A DNA stretch of 64,000 nt from an uncultured delta proteobacterium (GTDB lineage Bacteria > Desulfobacterota > Binatia > Binatales > Binataceae): assembly GCA_963765675.1 (NCBI GenBank), contig CAVXXK010000003.1, positions 416,001 through 480,000 on the forward strand. Direction: 5' to 3'. The translations under genes were made by a program, and so were the position numbers. The notes beneath the pieces were generated by a model. That model saw only the letters and a program-made list of their open reading frames with translations. It was not told the origin of the DNA and did no database searches. Position 1 is the first letter of the stretch, and every line of letters begins with the position of its first letter. This document shows positions 29,935-39,745 of this stretch, in pieces.

Positions 29935-30540
29935 TTAATTCGAGACGCGATTTGCGCGCAGCTCGGTTGCGACCAGGCGCAGCGCCTCGGGCAGAAACGC
30001 AAGGACCAAATGGCCCGCGCCCTCGAGCACGATCCGGCGCCCGAACGGCATGCTTTTCGCGATGATTCCGGCCGGCGCGGGCACTATCGGATCTTCGTCG
30101 CCGAAGATCGCGAGCTCGCTCTGCGCCCACTGGCCAAACAGGTACGGCGAACCCAGTGTCACGATCGAACGCACCGCTCCCCGCCGCGCGGTTAGCGCGT
30201 ACAAGCGCGCGATACTTCCGCCAAGGCTGTGCCCCACCAGATGCGCCCCGCCGGGCGCGATTTCATCGACCATCGCGGAGAGCTTCATTGCCGACGATGT
30301 GATCGTCTGGCTGCGCGGATACTCGAAGTAGGAAATATTGTCCATCCCTGAAAGACGCAGATAAGACGCGAGCGCGAGCAGGTTCGAGCGCCCGCCGCCG
30401 TAGCCGTGAATCAGGATCACCGGCTCTCCGGGCGCGGCGCATACTATCGCGGGCGCATTGCGCGCGATTCGGTCGAGCGGATATGACGCGAGCAGCGCGC
30501 CTGCCGCCGCGATTTCCTTCAGTACAGCACCTGTCTTCAT
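29935..30540 (-). CDS. Alpha/beta hydrolase (lipase/esterase)
   Basis: PVILIHG, VGHSLGG, TLGSP, GH. Confidence 0.85.
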   Translation of the reverse strand: MKTGAVLKEIAAAGALLASYPLDRIARNAPAIVCAAPGEPVILIHGYGGGRSNLLALASYLRLSGMDNISYFEYPRSQTITSSAMKLSAMVDEIAPGGAHLVGHSLGGSIARLYALTARRGAVRSIVTLGSPYLFGQWAQSELAIFGDEDPIVPAPAGIIAKSMPFGRRIVLEGAGHLVLAFLPEALRLVATELRANRVSN

Positions 30541-30702
30541 GTCTGCTGACCCTCCGCCGTTCCAGCCCTTAACTTAACCATCGTATGATCGCCCTATAAT
30601 GCGATGCGAGATGCGTTTGCCGCGACTCATGGTATCGGCGCACAATTCGCCCGTCAGACACCGGTGCTAAACGCGGCCAAGCCGGGCCGGGGAGAGGCAG
30701 CA

Positions 30703-31581
30703 ATGAACGACCAGGCATCGAAACGACCAGTCGGCGGATACTTTCGCGGCAAATCGATCGTCGTGACCGGAGCGTCGAGCGGAATCGGCGCTGACGTCGC
30801 ACTTGCCTTCGGTGAGCAAGGCGCCAACGTCGCGCTGCTCGCCCGGCGCACGCCGCCGCTTGAAGAGCTCGCCGCAAAGATCATCAAGGCGGGAGGCAAG
30901 GCGCTCGCGCTGCAATGCGACGTGACCGATCGCGCGCGGGTGTTCTGGGCGATCGAGCAGGCCCGCGACGCGTTCGGCGGCGTTGACGTTCTGATCAACT
31001 CGGCCGGCGTTCTGATCCCCGACCCGGTCGAGCAGATGCGGCCGGAAGATCTTGAGCGCATGATGACGACCAATCTGTACGGTGCGGTCCACGCGATGCA
31101 TGCCGTCCTGCCGATCATGCGGCGCGCCAAAGCCGGCAATATCGTCAACGTCGCATCGCTGGCAGGCCGGCGAGGTGTTAGTCCGCTTGGCGGTTACAGC
31201 GCGACCAAGTTTGCGCTAGTCGGACTGACCGAGGCGCTGCGCGTCGAGCTCTTCGGCTCTGGGGTTCATGTCTCGCTGGTGATGCCGGGAGTGATCGACA
31301 CCCCGATGGCGCGGATTGCGCAGAAGAGCTCGGAGTCACTCAAGGGGCTGCCGACCATGATGGCGATGCCCGCGCGATGGGTCACGTGGGCGATTCTTGC
31401 GGCCGCAACCTTTGGCCTGACCGAGGTTGACGTTCCTCCCGGTGCGGCAGTGGCGGAGAAGCTCGCGTCGCTGTTCCCTGGCGTCACCGACGCGATCATC
31501 AGTATGGGTTCGCGGATTCTGCAGGGCGCGACTGCAATCGCCGCGGGCGCGGCCAAACCTCCGCCGGGCAAGCAGCCATAG
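30703..31581 (+). CDS. SDR family oxidoreductase
   Basis: TGASSGIG, YSATK. Confidence 0.92.
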   Translation: MNDQASKRPVGGYFRGKSIVVTGASSGIGADVALAFGEQGANVALLARRTPPLEELAAKIIKAGGKALALQCDVTDRARVFWAIEQARDAFGGVDVLINSAGVLIPDPVEQMRPEDLERMMTTNLYGAVHAMHAVLPIMRRAKAGNIVNVASLAGRRGVSPLGGYSATKFALVGLTEALRVELFGSGVHVSLVMPGVIDTPMARIAQKSSESLKGLPTMMAMPARWVTWAILAAATFGLTEVDVPPGAAVAEKLASLFPGVTDAIISMGSRILQGATAIAAGAAKPPPGKQP

Positions 31582-31597
31582 TAGAAGTAGGATTTCT

Positions 31598-32359
31598 CTA
31601 CATAAAGTAGGGCTTGGCCAGCTCGTCAAAGTCGCCGTACATCAACCATACGTTCGCGTTGTCTACGTACGGATATTTGACCGGCGCCTTGCCCACCGTC
31701 TTGAGCCCGAGTTGCTTGTACAGTTCATAGAGCGGCTCGACCGGGTTGGTAATGATCAGTTTCGGTCGGCGCGAAAACAGAAACAGCTTCGCCGTATCCG
31801 AGAGCGCGCGCATCAAGCCTTTGCCCTGAAAGGTCGGATCGACCACCATCCCGCCGAACTCCCACACATCCTCGGAATAGATCCCCTTAAAAATCTGTGG
31901 CGGATACAGATGCCCCAGCGTGAGCGGCGCGTCCGCAAGGCATCGCGCCCAGAACGCGGCTACCAGGGGCGGCCGTTTTTTCTCCTGCCCCGGCTTCAGG
32001 TGATAGAGGCCGAAATGAAACGCGAGCGGCCACAGGATCATCGTCACGCGCTTCTGATGCACATTGAGCATGTCCCAGGTGCGCTTGTGCAGAGCGTGAA
32101 GCTCCTTGAAACCTTGCGTCGTGCCGATAGGGCGAACGTCGAGGCGGCCTTCTATATCCAGAACCTTGGGAGCCTTGGGCGGCGCCGGCCTCGCTTCGGG
32201 CGGCGTGGACGCGGGCTGCTCGGTGCGCTCGGATGCGGGCGCATCAGCGTCGAGCGCGACCGATTCCTTGAGCGCGGACGCGACGGCGCTCTGCACCCGG
32301 CGCGAAACACGCGGCGAGATCATCGCTTCGATAAGGTCGCCGTCCTTCTCCGTCGCCAT
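31598..32359 (-). CDS. GNAT-fold acyltransferase, LuxI/FeeM-like, with N-terminal extension
   Basis: DVWEFGGMVVDPTFQGKG (motif A, QxxGxG-type loop), LYKQLGLKTVG (motif B). Confidence 0.7.
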   Translation of the reverse strand: MATEKDGDLIEAMISPRVSRRVQSAVASALKESVALDADAPASERTEQPASTPPEARPAPPKAPKVLDIEGRLDVRPIGTTQGFKELHALHKRTWDMLNVHQKRVTMILWPLAFHFGLYHLKPGQEKKRPPLVAAFWARCLADAPLTLGHLYPPQIFKGIYSEDVWEFGGMVVDPTFQGKGLMRALSDTAKLFLFSRRPKLIITNPVEPLYELYKQLGLKTVGKAPVKYPYVDNANVWLMYGDFDELAKPYFM

Positions 32360-32551
32360 CGTGGATGCCGTCTCTTAAGTCTAATGGATGCTTAAGCTTT
32401 CGGTCACAATTTTACGCCGCTGGTTTCATTCATGGTCAAAACATTACACGAGCACTTATAACCCGATGCGAGCAGGAACGAAAGCGCGTAATCAGAGCTG
32501 GTTATCATCTATTAAACCATCTCAAAACACAATAAACATAAATAAATCAGC

Positions 32552-32583
32552 AAAAAGAAAGGCGCCCTCGCGGACGCCTTTCT
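32552..32583 (-). terminator. Intrinsic terminator of aldehyde dehydrogenase gene
   Basis: AGAAAGGCG / CGCCTTTCT stem with U-tract on the minus strand. Confidence 0.8.
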
Positions 32584-32603
32584 GTCAGAACGTTCTTTTC
32601 AAG

Positions 32604-34112
32604 CTAGAGCTTGGTGTAGACCTGCTTGATCTGGGTGTAGAGCTCGAGCGCATGCTTGCCGAGTTCGCGCCCAAACCCTGACTGCTTGTAGCCGCCGAAC
32701 GAACCCATCGGGTCGATCATCCCGTAGGTGTTGATCCAAACGGTGCCGGCCTTGAGTGCGCGCGCGACCTTGTGTGCGCGGCTCAAGTCTTTGGTCCACA
32801 CCGCGGCGGCGAGTCCGTAGGTGGTGTCGTTGCCCTGAAAGACCACGTCGGCTTCGTCCTTGAACGGAATCGCCGAGGCGACCGGTCCAAAGATTTCTTC
32901 GCGCGCAATCTTCATCCCGTTGTTCACACCCGAGAAGACTGTCGGCTGCACAAAGTAGCCGCGCTCTTGCGGTCCGGCTGCTCCGCCGGTCATCGCCTTG
33001 GCGCCCTCATCCTTGCCGGTCTTGAGGTAGCCCATAACGCGATCGTGCTGTTCCTTGGATACGAGCGGTCCCATCCGGGTGGCAGGATCGAGCCCGTTGC
33101 CGAGGGTCAGTCCCTTGGCCATCTGCGAGAGCGTGTCGGTGAACTGATCGTACATCGATTCCTGCACGAACACGCGCGAGCCGGCGCAGCATACCTGTCC
33201 CTGGTTCATGAAGATGCCGAGCATCGAGCCGAACGCGGCCGCCTTCATGTCTGCGTCGGGGAAAATGATGTTGGGCGACTTGCCGCCGAGCTCGAGCGAC
33301 ACGTGCTTCAGGTTTCCTGCTGAGGCTTTCAGGATCAGCTTGCCGACTTCGGTCGATCCGGTGAACGCAACCTTGTCGATATCAGGATGCTCGGCGATCG
33401 AGCTGCCGGCGCCGGGTCCGAATCCGGTGATGATCTGCACCACGCTCTCGGGGAGTCCGGCTTCGAGGATCAACTCGCCCAGGCGCAGCGCGGTGAGCGG
33501 CGTCTGCTCGGCGGGCTTTAAGATCACGACGTTGCCGCATGCGAGCGCGGGGGCGATTTTCCAGCTCGCCATCAAGAGCGGGAAGTTCCACGGGATGATC
33601 TGGCCGCATACGCCGACCGGCTCGCGCAGCGTGAAGCTGAACATGTCGGGATCGGACGGATTGGTCTCGCCGTAGATCTTCGAAGCCCATCCGGCGTAGT
33701 AGCGAAAGGTCTCGGCCGCGCCGGGGATATCGATATTCTTGGACTCGAAGATCGCCTTGCCGTTGTCGAGCGTCTCGAGCTCGGCGAGTTCCTCGGCGTT
33801 CTGTTCAATCAGGTCGGCGATCTTGAGCAGGAAGCGCGTCCGCTGATGCGGTCCCATCGTGCCCCACTTGCCCTGCTCGAGGGCCTTACGCGCATTCTTG
33901 ACCGCCTCGTCAACGTCGGCCTTGTCGCCCTCGGCGACAATAGCAAGGACTTCCTCATTGGCGGGGTTGAGGGTTTCGAAGGTCTTGCCGGACTTCGCCG
34001 GTACCCATTTGCCGCCGATCAGAAGCTTTTTGGGGCCGCTTTTGAGAAATTGGAGAGCGGCGGGATTTTTCGCGCCACGCGCGGCGGATTCAATGGAAAG
34101 TGATGCTGCCAT
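32604..34112 (-). CDS. NAD-dependent aldehyde dehydrogenase
   Basis: IIPWNFP, FTGSTEVG, LELGGKSP, NQGQVCCAG, EEIFGPV. Confidence 0.96.
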   Translation of the reverse strand: MAASLSIESAARGAKNPAALQFLKSGPKKLLIGGKWVPAKSGKTFETLNPANEEVLAIVAEGDKADVDEAVKNARKALEQGKWGTMGPHQRTRFLLKIADLIEQNAEELAELETLDNGKAIFESKNIDIPGAAETFRYYAGWASKIYGETNPSDPDMFSFTLREPVGVCGQIIPWNFPLLMASWKIAPALACGNVVILKPAEQTPLTALRLGELILEAGLPESVVQIITGFGPGAGSSIAEHPDIDKVAFTGSTEVGKLILKASAGNLKHVSLELGGKSPNIIFPDADMKAAAFGSMLGIFMNQGQVCCAGSRVFVQESMYDQFTDTLSQMAKGLTLGNGLDPATRMGPLVSKEQHDRVMGYLKTGKDEGAKAMTGGAAGPQERGYFVQPTVFSGVNNGMKIAREEIFGPVASAIPFKDEADVVFQGNDTTYGLAAAVWTKDLSRAHKVARALKAGTVWINTYGMIDPMGSFGGYKQSGFGRELGKHALELYTQIKQVYTKL

Positions 34113-34389
34113 AGCGAACTTCTCCTGTATGGTTTTGCTCTGGTGTCAATCGTCGTCGGCGGGATGTCCGCTCCCGAATCCGGGCGAACGAACGCTCAGA
34201 GGGATGTGCTCAACTTTGGGATCGTAGTCCATCCGAGCCTGAGTAGCAAAGTGCAACGCCTCATCAGATGTCGCCGGCGTCTGCTACTTGCTTCGGAGGC
34301 GCCGAGCGCGGGGGTACGTGACGCACGGGGCGGCAGTCGGTATCCTTGGGCGGGCGCGCTTTCGCTTGCGCGAATTGGGGGGCTCGCTG

Positions 34390-35655
34390 GTGGAGCAAAT
34401 CGAAAAATCGCACTCGCAGCGCACAACGATTATCGCCGGGATGGCGGGGAACATCCTCGAGTGGTACGACTTTTCGGTTTACGGATTTTTTGCCGAATCG
34501 ATCGGGCAGAACTTTTTTCCCTCGCATAGCCGCACCACCTCGCTGATGGAGGCGTTCGCCGTATTCGCGGCCGGCTTTCTGATGCGCCCGTTCGGAGCGC
34601 TGATCTTCGGCCATATGGGCGACCGCAAGGGGCGCGAGTACGCGCTCACCCTCTCGGTGCTTGCGATGGCGATCCCGACTTTTTTCATCGGACTGCTTCC
34701 GAGCTACAGCCAGATCGGCGTCACTGCAACGGTCGCGATGGTGGTCCTGCGCCTGGTGCAGGGCTTGTCGGTCGGCGGCGAATACACCACCTCGGTCGTG
34801 TTCATGGTCGAGCGAGCGCCGAGTGATCGCCGCGGAAGAATCGGCGCGTTCGGCGCCGCGGGCGCATTCGGCGGCGTGCTGCTCGGTTCGGCGGTGGGAG
34901 GAATCGTGGCGGCGCTGATGCCCTCGGCGGCGCTGCATCAGTGGGGATGGCGGATCCCGTTTCTGGCTGGAATCTCGATCGGCGTGGCCGGATATCTGAT
35001 GCGCCGCGAACTGCGCGTGGGCGCCACGATCGCACACGCTGCCCCGCCTCCGCTAGGCCAGGTTCTGCGCGCGCATTGGCCCACAATCCTCCAGGTTACG
35101 AGCTTCAAAGCGCTCGACGCGGTCGGCTTCTACCTGATGTTCGTGTACGCGACGACCTATCTGACGGAGATCGTCGGGCTGTCCAAAGGACACGCGATGG
35201 CGATCAACACGCTGGGGATGGCGGCCGCGATAATCGCGCTGCCGATCGCGGGCGCTCTGTCCGATCGCTTTGGGCGCAAGCCGCTTGCGTTCGGCGCTGC
35301 TCTCGGCGTGCTGCTCTTCGCGCGTCCGCTGTTCCATCTCCTGTGGCATCCGCGGCTCTCGGTTCCTCTGGCCGGACAAATGGGCTTTGCGATGATCATT
35401 GCGATGTTCGAAGGCGTGTCGGCGGCTGCCGCCGCCGAGGCGTTTCCCGCGAGCGTGCGATGCGTCGGCGTCGCGATCAGCCACAACCTGTGCATGGCGG
35501 TGCTGGGCGGGACGGCGCCGATGGTGGCGACCTACCTGATCGCGCGCACGCATGACGAGTTCGCGCCGCCGATATACCTGATGGCCGCCGCCGCGATTTC
35601 CGCGATCGTCGTGCTCACGATGCGCGAAACGGCGAAGCTTCCCCTGGCCGAGTGA
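34390..35655 (+). CDS. MFS transporter, metabolite:H+ symporter (ProP-like)
   Basis: GNILEWYDF, RPFG..IFGHMGDRKGR, QGLSVGGE; start (GTG 34390) inferred. Confidence 0.9.
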   Translation: MEQIEKSHSQRTTIIAGMAGNILEWYDFSVYGFFAESIGQNFFPSHSRTTSLMEAFAVFAAGFLMRPFGALIFGHMGDRKGREYALTLSVLAMAIPTFFIGLLPSYSQIGVTATVAMVVLRLVQGLSVGGEYTTSVVFMVERAPSDRRGRIGAFGAAGAFGGVLLGSAVGGIVAALMPSAALHQWGWRIPFLAGISIGVAGYLMRRELRVGATIAHAAPPPLGQVLRAHWPTILQVTSFKALDAVGFYLMFVYATTYLTEIVGLSKGHAMAINTLGMAAAIIALPIAGALSDRFGRKPLAFGAALGVLLFARPLFHLLWHPRLSVPLAGQMGFAMIIAMFEGVSAAAAAEAFPASVRCVGVAISHNLCMAVLGGTAPMVATYLIARTHDEFAPPIYLMAAAAISAIVVLTMRETAKLPLAE

Positions 35656-35710
35656 CGCGCGCTTTGCCCGCACGCTCCGGGGCGGATATTCTCGCACGCG
35701 AAGTATTATC

Positions 35711-38425
35711 GTGACGGTCAAGCAGACACCTCTTATTGCGCAGTACTTAAGCGTCAAGCAGCGAGTGCCCGACGCGATCCTGTTTTTTCGCCTGGGCGAT
35801 TTTTACGAGATGTTCTTCGAGGACGCCGAGGTCGGCGCGCGCGTGCTCGATATCCAGCTCACCTCGCGATCGAAAGACGGCGTGCCGCTGTGCGGTGTTC
35901 CCTACCACGCGGCCGAGCCGTACATCGCCAAGCTGATCAAGGCCGGCCACAAGGTCGCGATTTGCGAGCAGGGCGCGCAGGACAAGGGCGCCGACGGCAA
36001 GCCGCGCGGAATCATGACGCGGCAGATCGTGCGCGTGATCACGCCCGGCACCGTCGGCGAGGAGACGGTGCTGGTCTCAGGCGAGAAGAATTATCTGGTT
36101 GCGGTCGTGCGCGACAGCGCTCCAGACGCTCCTATGGAGGAAGGCCGCCCTCACCCGCGCGGCGATTCGCCGCGCCGCCCTCTCCCGGAGGGAGAGGGTA
36201 TGATCAAGAACGCCGCGCCGCGCGGAGGTGTCGCCGAGGGAGCGGCTACGACTGGTGGATTTGCGATCGCGGCGGTCGATGTTTCGACCGGAGAGTTTGT
36301 CGCGGCGCGAATCGGTAACCGGCATGGACTGGCCGAAGAGCTGGCGCGGCTGGCGCCGCGGGAAATCGTCTTTTTCGCGGGCGATCCAGAACTTAAAGTA
36401 ATCCTTGAAGAGCTCGGTGCGCCTGTCACCGCACTTGATTCCGACGCGGTGGCCGAGGCGAAAGCCGCGTTGACCGCGCGTTTCGGAGCGGCCGCCGCAC
36501 TCGACGAACCGATCGTCCTCGCCGCGGGCGCCGCTCTGATCTATCTGGAACGCAACTTCGGTCATAATCTCGCGCATCTGGCGCCGCCGACGGTTTATCA
36601 GGCCGCCGAATACATGATGGTCGATGAAACCACGCGGCGGCATCTCGAGCTGACCGCCTCGAGCGACGGCGCGCGCCGCGGCTCACTGCTCTCGATCCTC
36701 GACGAGACCGTGACCGCTCCCGGTGCGCGCACGCTCGCGAACTGGATCGTCTACCCGATGCTCTCGCCGCGCGCGATCGCGGATCGGCATGACGCGGTCG
36801 CCGAGCTGTTCGACGCCGACCTTGGCGGCGCGGTCGAAAGCGCGCTCAAGCGAATCGGCGACCTCGAGCGGCTCGCCGGACGGCTCGGCGCGATGCGCGC
36901 GTCACCGCGCGATTGTGTTCACCTGGCGCGGGCGCTCGATGCGGCGGCATCTCTTCGTGAATGGATGCGCGAGCGAAGCAGCTCGCTGATTCGCGACCTG
37001 GCGGCGCGGATCGCGCCCGATCCCGCGCTCGCTGCCCTGATCGACGCGACCCTCAGCGACGAGCCTCCCGTCAATCCGCGCGACGGCAATTTGATTCGCG
37101 CCGGCTACAGCGCCGAGGTTGACGAGCTGCGCGGGCTGTCGTCGGGCGCGCGCGAGGTTCTGGCGCGACTCGAAGTCTCGGAGCGCGAACGCACAGGAAT
37201 CGCCTCGCTCAAGGTCCGCTACAACAACGTGTTCGGTTACTATATCGAGGTCACCAAGACTCACATCGAGCGCGTGCCGGCCGACTACGAACGCAAGCAG
37301 ACGATCGCAACCGGTGAACGCTACACCACCGCGGCGCTCAAGGAACTCGAGCGCAAGATTCTCTCGGCCGAGAGCGGGCTCAAGGAACTAGAGCTGCAAC
37401 TTTTCACCGGCCTGCTGCGCGACCTGCAATCGCATAGCGCGGAAATCATGGCGGCGGCGCGCGCGATCGGTGAGTTCGACGCGCTCGCCTCGCTGGCGAA
37501 AGTGGCGCGACGGCGCGGCTACGTGCGCCCGGTGATGAATTCCTCGCGCCGGATCCGGATCCGCGACGGACGGCATCCTGTTCTCGAAGCCGGGATGCGC
37601 GCGGGCGAGTTCGTGCCCAACGACCTCGACGCCGACCCCGACACGCGCCAGCTCCTGCTGATCACCGGACCGAACATGGCGGGCAAGTCGACCTACCTGC
37701 GTCAGGTCGCTCTCATCGTGATCATGGCGCATCTCGGGAGCTTCGTGCCGGCTACCGAGGCCTCGATCGGAATCGTCGATTCGGTGATGACCCGAATCGG
37801 CGCGCGCGACGAGCTGCGCCGCGGCGAATCGACCTTCATGGTGGAAATGAGCGAGACCGCGCGGCTGCTCGGAGGCCTGACCGATCGGAGCCTCTTGCTG
37901 CTCGACGAGGTCGGGCGCGGCACCAGCACCTTCGACGGCCTTGCGATCGCGTGGGCGGTCGCCGAATACCTGCACGATTCGGCGCGCGCCAAGGTGCTGT
38001 TCGCTACTCATTTCCATGAGCTGACCGATCTTGCGCGCGAGCGTCCGCGAGTGAAGAATTTGAGCATGGCGGTGCGCGAGTGGGGTGGCGAGGTGCTGTT
38101 TCTGCGCCGGGTGATCGAGCAGCCGGCCTCGCGCAGCTATGGAATTGAAGTCGCGCGACTGGCCGGGCTACCCAACTCGATCATCGCTCGCGCCCGCGAA
38201 ATCCTCTCCAATCTCGAGCAAGGCGAGCTCGATGAAACCGGCGGCGTGCGCCTGGCGCACGAACGCAGCGCCGAGCGCGCAACCCCGCAGCTCGGCTTGT
38301 TCGCGCCAACTGAGAGCCGCGTTGTGGACGAATTGCGTGCCCTCGAGATCGATCGGCTGACTCCCGTCGATGCGCTAAACCTGCTCGCCGCGATACGCGC
38401 GCGGCTCAAGAAAGACGGCACCTGA
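35711..38425 (+). CDS. mutS: DNA mismatch repair protein MutS, with an in-frame insertion
   Basis: GDFYEMF, TGPNMAGKST, STFMVEM, DEVGRGTST, THFHEL, SYGIEVA. Confidence 0.97.
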   Translation: MTVKQTPLIAQYLSVKQRVPDAILFFRLGDFYEMFFEDAEVGARVLDIQLTSRSKDGVPLCGVPYHAAEPYIAKLIKAGHKVAICEQGAQDKGADGKPRGIMTRQIVRVITPGTVGEETVLVSGEKNYLVAVVRDSAPDAPMEEGRPHPRGDSPRRPLPEGEGMIKNAAPRGGVAEGAATTGGFAIAAVDVSTGEFVAARIGNRHGLAEELARLAPREIVFFAGDPELKVILEELGAPVTALDSDAVAEAKAALTARFGAAAALDEPIVLAAGAALIYLERNFGHNLAHLAPPTVYQAAEYMMVDETTRRHLELTASSDGARRGSLLSILDETVTAPGARTLANWIVYPMLSPRAIADRHDAVAELFDADLGGAVESALKRIGDLERLAGRLGAMRASPRDCVHLARALDAAASLREWMRERSSSLIRDLAARIAPDPALAALIDATLSDEPPVNPRDGNLIRAGYSAEVDELRGLSSGAREVLARLEVSERERTGIASLKVRYNNVFGYYIEVTKTHIERVPADYERKQTIATGERYTTAALKELERKILSAESGLKELELQLFTGLLRDLQSHSAEIMAAARAIGEFDALASLAKVARRRGYVRPVMNSSRRIRIRDGRHPVLEAGMRAGEFVPNDLDADPDTRQLLLITGPNMAGKSTYLRQVALIVIMAHLGSFVPATEASIGIVDSVMTRIGARDELRRGESTFMVEMSETARLLGGLTDRSLLLLDEVGRGTSTFDGLAIAWAVAEYLHDSARAKVLFATHFHELTDLARERPRVKNLSMAVREWGGEVLFLRRVIEQPASRSYGIEVARLAGLPNSIIARAREILSNLEQGELDETGGVRLAHERSAERATPQLGLFAPTESRVVDELRALEIDRLTPVDALNLLAAIRARLKKDGT
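36143..36221 (+). repeat. CCCTCACCC...CCCTCTCCC-GGGAGAGGG palindromic repeat inside mutS
   Basis: Near-identical to the intergenic copy at 55076-55177. Confidence 0.85.
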
Positions 38426-38452
38426 CGCCCGAAGGATCATGCGGAGGCGGCG

Positions 38453-39745
38453 GTGGTGAGGAGCGGAAGAAGATCGCGCGCGGACACGAGGGTTGCGGCA
38501 CTCGCAGTTGTTGCGGGGATTTTGGCGATCCTTGGCGCGCAGGCCGCGCGCGCTTCGATCAATTCCGCCACGCTCAATTCCGCAACGATCACAAGGAGCG
38601 GAGCCGTGTCCGAGTTGCGCTTTGGATTTGCCGGCGTCGCGCCCAAATGGAACCTCAGTGCGCACGGGCAGGAGCTCTGGATCGATCTTCCGCGCACCCG
38701 CTCGCAAGTTCCGCCGCGGCCGGTCTACGGCCTCGAGGTCAAGCCAATCACTGCGCTGCGGGTCCTCGATACCGGCGACGGCGCCGCGCGGATCGTGCTC
38801 GAGGTTGACGGAAAGATCGACTACGCGATCGCGCGCTGGCCGCATCAGATTGTCCTGCGAGTCGCTCCGGCCGGCGCCGTGCCGAACCTCGCCGGAGCGC
38901 TGCTGGCGATGCGCGAGCCGCACGACGCGCCCTCGCCTGTCCGACTTTCAGCGCTGCGGCACGCGCCGATCCCCGTCGCGCGCGAGGTCGCGCCGCCGTC
39001 GGCGCCAATAATCGGCGTGGCGCAGGATCACCAGCGCGTGCGGGGGCATCCGCTGGTGATGATCGATCCCGGCCACGGCGGCTACGATCCGGGCACCAGC
39101 TCGGCCAGTGGAATTCAGGAGAAGACGCTTGCGCTGGAAATCGCGACCCGGGTTGCGAGCGCCCTCGAGGCGCGCGGAATCAACGCCGCGATGACGCGCA
39201 CGACCGACGTCTTCATCCCGCTCGGCGGGCGGACGAAAATCGCCAACGACGCGGACGCCGATCTGTTCGTCTCGATCCATCTGAATTCGAGCCCGAATCT
39301 CGCGACCACCGGAATCGAGGTCTACTATCTGAACAACACCACCGACCGTGCGACGATCCGCCTGGCGCGGATGGAGAATTCGCAAGCCGCGCGCGGCTAT
39401 GGCGCGCCCGCCGAGCCCAACTTAAACTACATCCTGACCGACCTGCGCCAGCAGTATAAGGCGACGGAGGCGGCGTCGCTTGCGCGGATGATCGATGCGC
39501 AGGCGGTGGCGGATTTGAACGCGGAATTTGGAATCGACGTGAACGCATTGGGAGCCAAGATGGGTCCGTTCTACATATTGGTCGGCGCGCAGATGCCGTC
39601 GGTGCTGATCGAGTGCGGGTTCCTGTCCAATGAAGGCGAAGCGCAGCGCCTCACGTCGGCGCGGTATCAGCAAACCCTCGCCGACGGTATCGCCGACGCG
39701 ATCGTCCATTACCTCAAGGCCGACGCCGCCGTGGGCAATCTGTGA
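38453..39745 (+). CDS. amiC: N-acetylmuramoyl-L-alanine amidase (AMIN + Amidase_3)
   Basis: IDPGHGG, EK, FVSIHLN, PSVLIECGFLSN; signal peptide. Confidence 0.9.
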   Translation: MVRSGRRSRADTRVAALAVVAGILAILGAQAARASINSATLNSATITRSGAVSELRFGFAGVAPKWNLSAHGQELWIDLPRTRSQVPPRPVYGLEVKPITALRVLDTGDGAARIVLEVDGKIDYAIARWPHQIVLRVAPAGAVPNLAGALLAMREPHDAPSPVRLSALRHAPIPVAREVAPPSAPIIGVAQDHQRVRGHPLVMIDPGHGGYDPGTSSASGIQEKTLALEIATRVASALEARGINAAMTRTTDVFIPLGGRTKIANDADADLFVSIHLNSSPNLATTGIEVYYLNNTTDRATIRLARMENSQAARGYGAPAEPNLNYILTDLRQQYKATEAASLARMIDAQAVADLNAEFGIDVNALGAKMGPFYILVGAQMPSVLIECGFLSNEGEAQRLTSARYQQTLADGIADAIVHYLKADAAVGNL

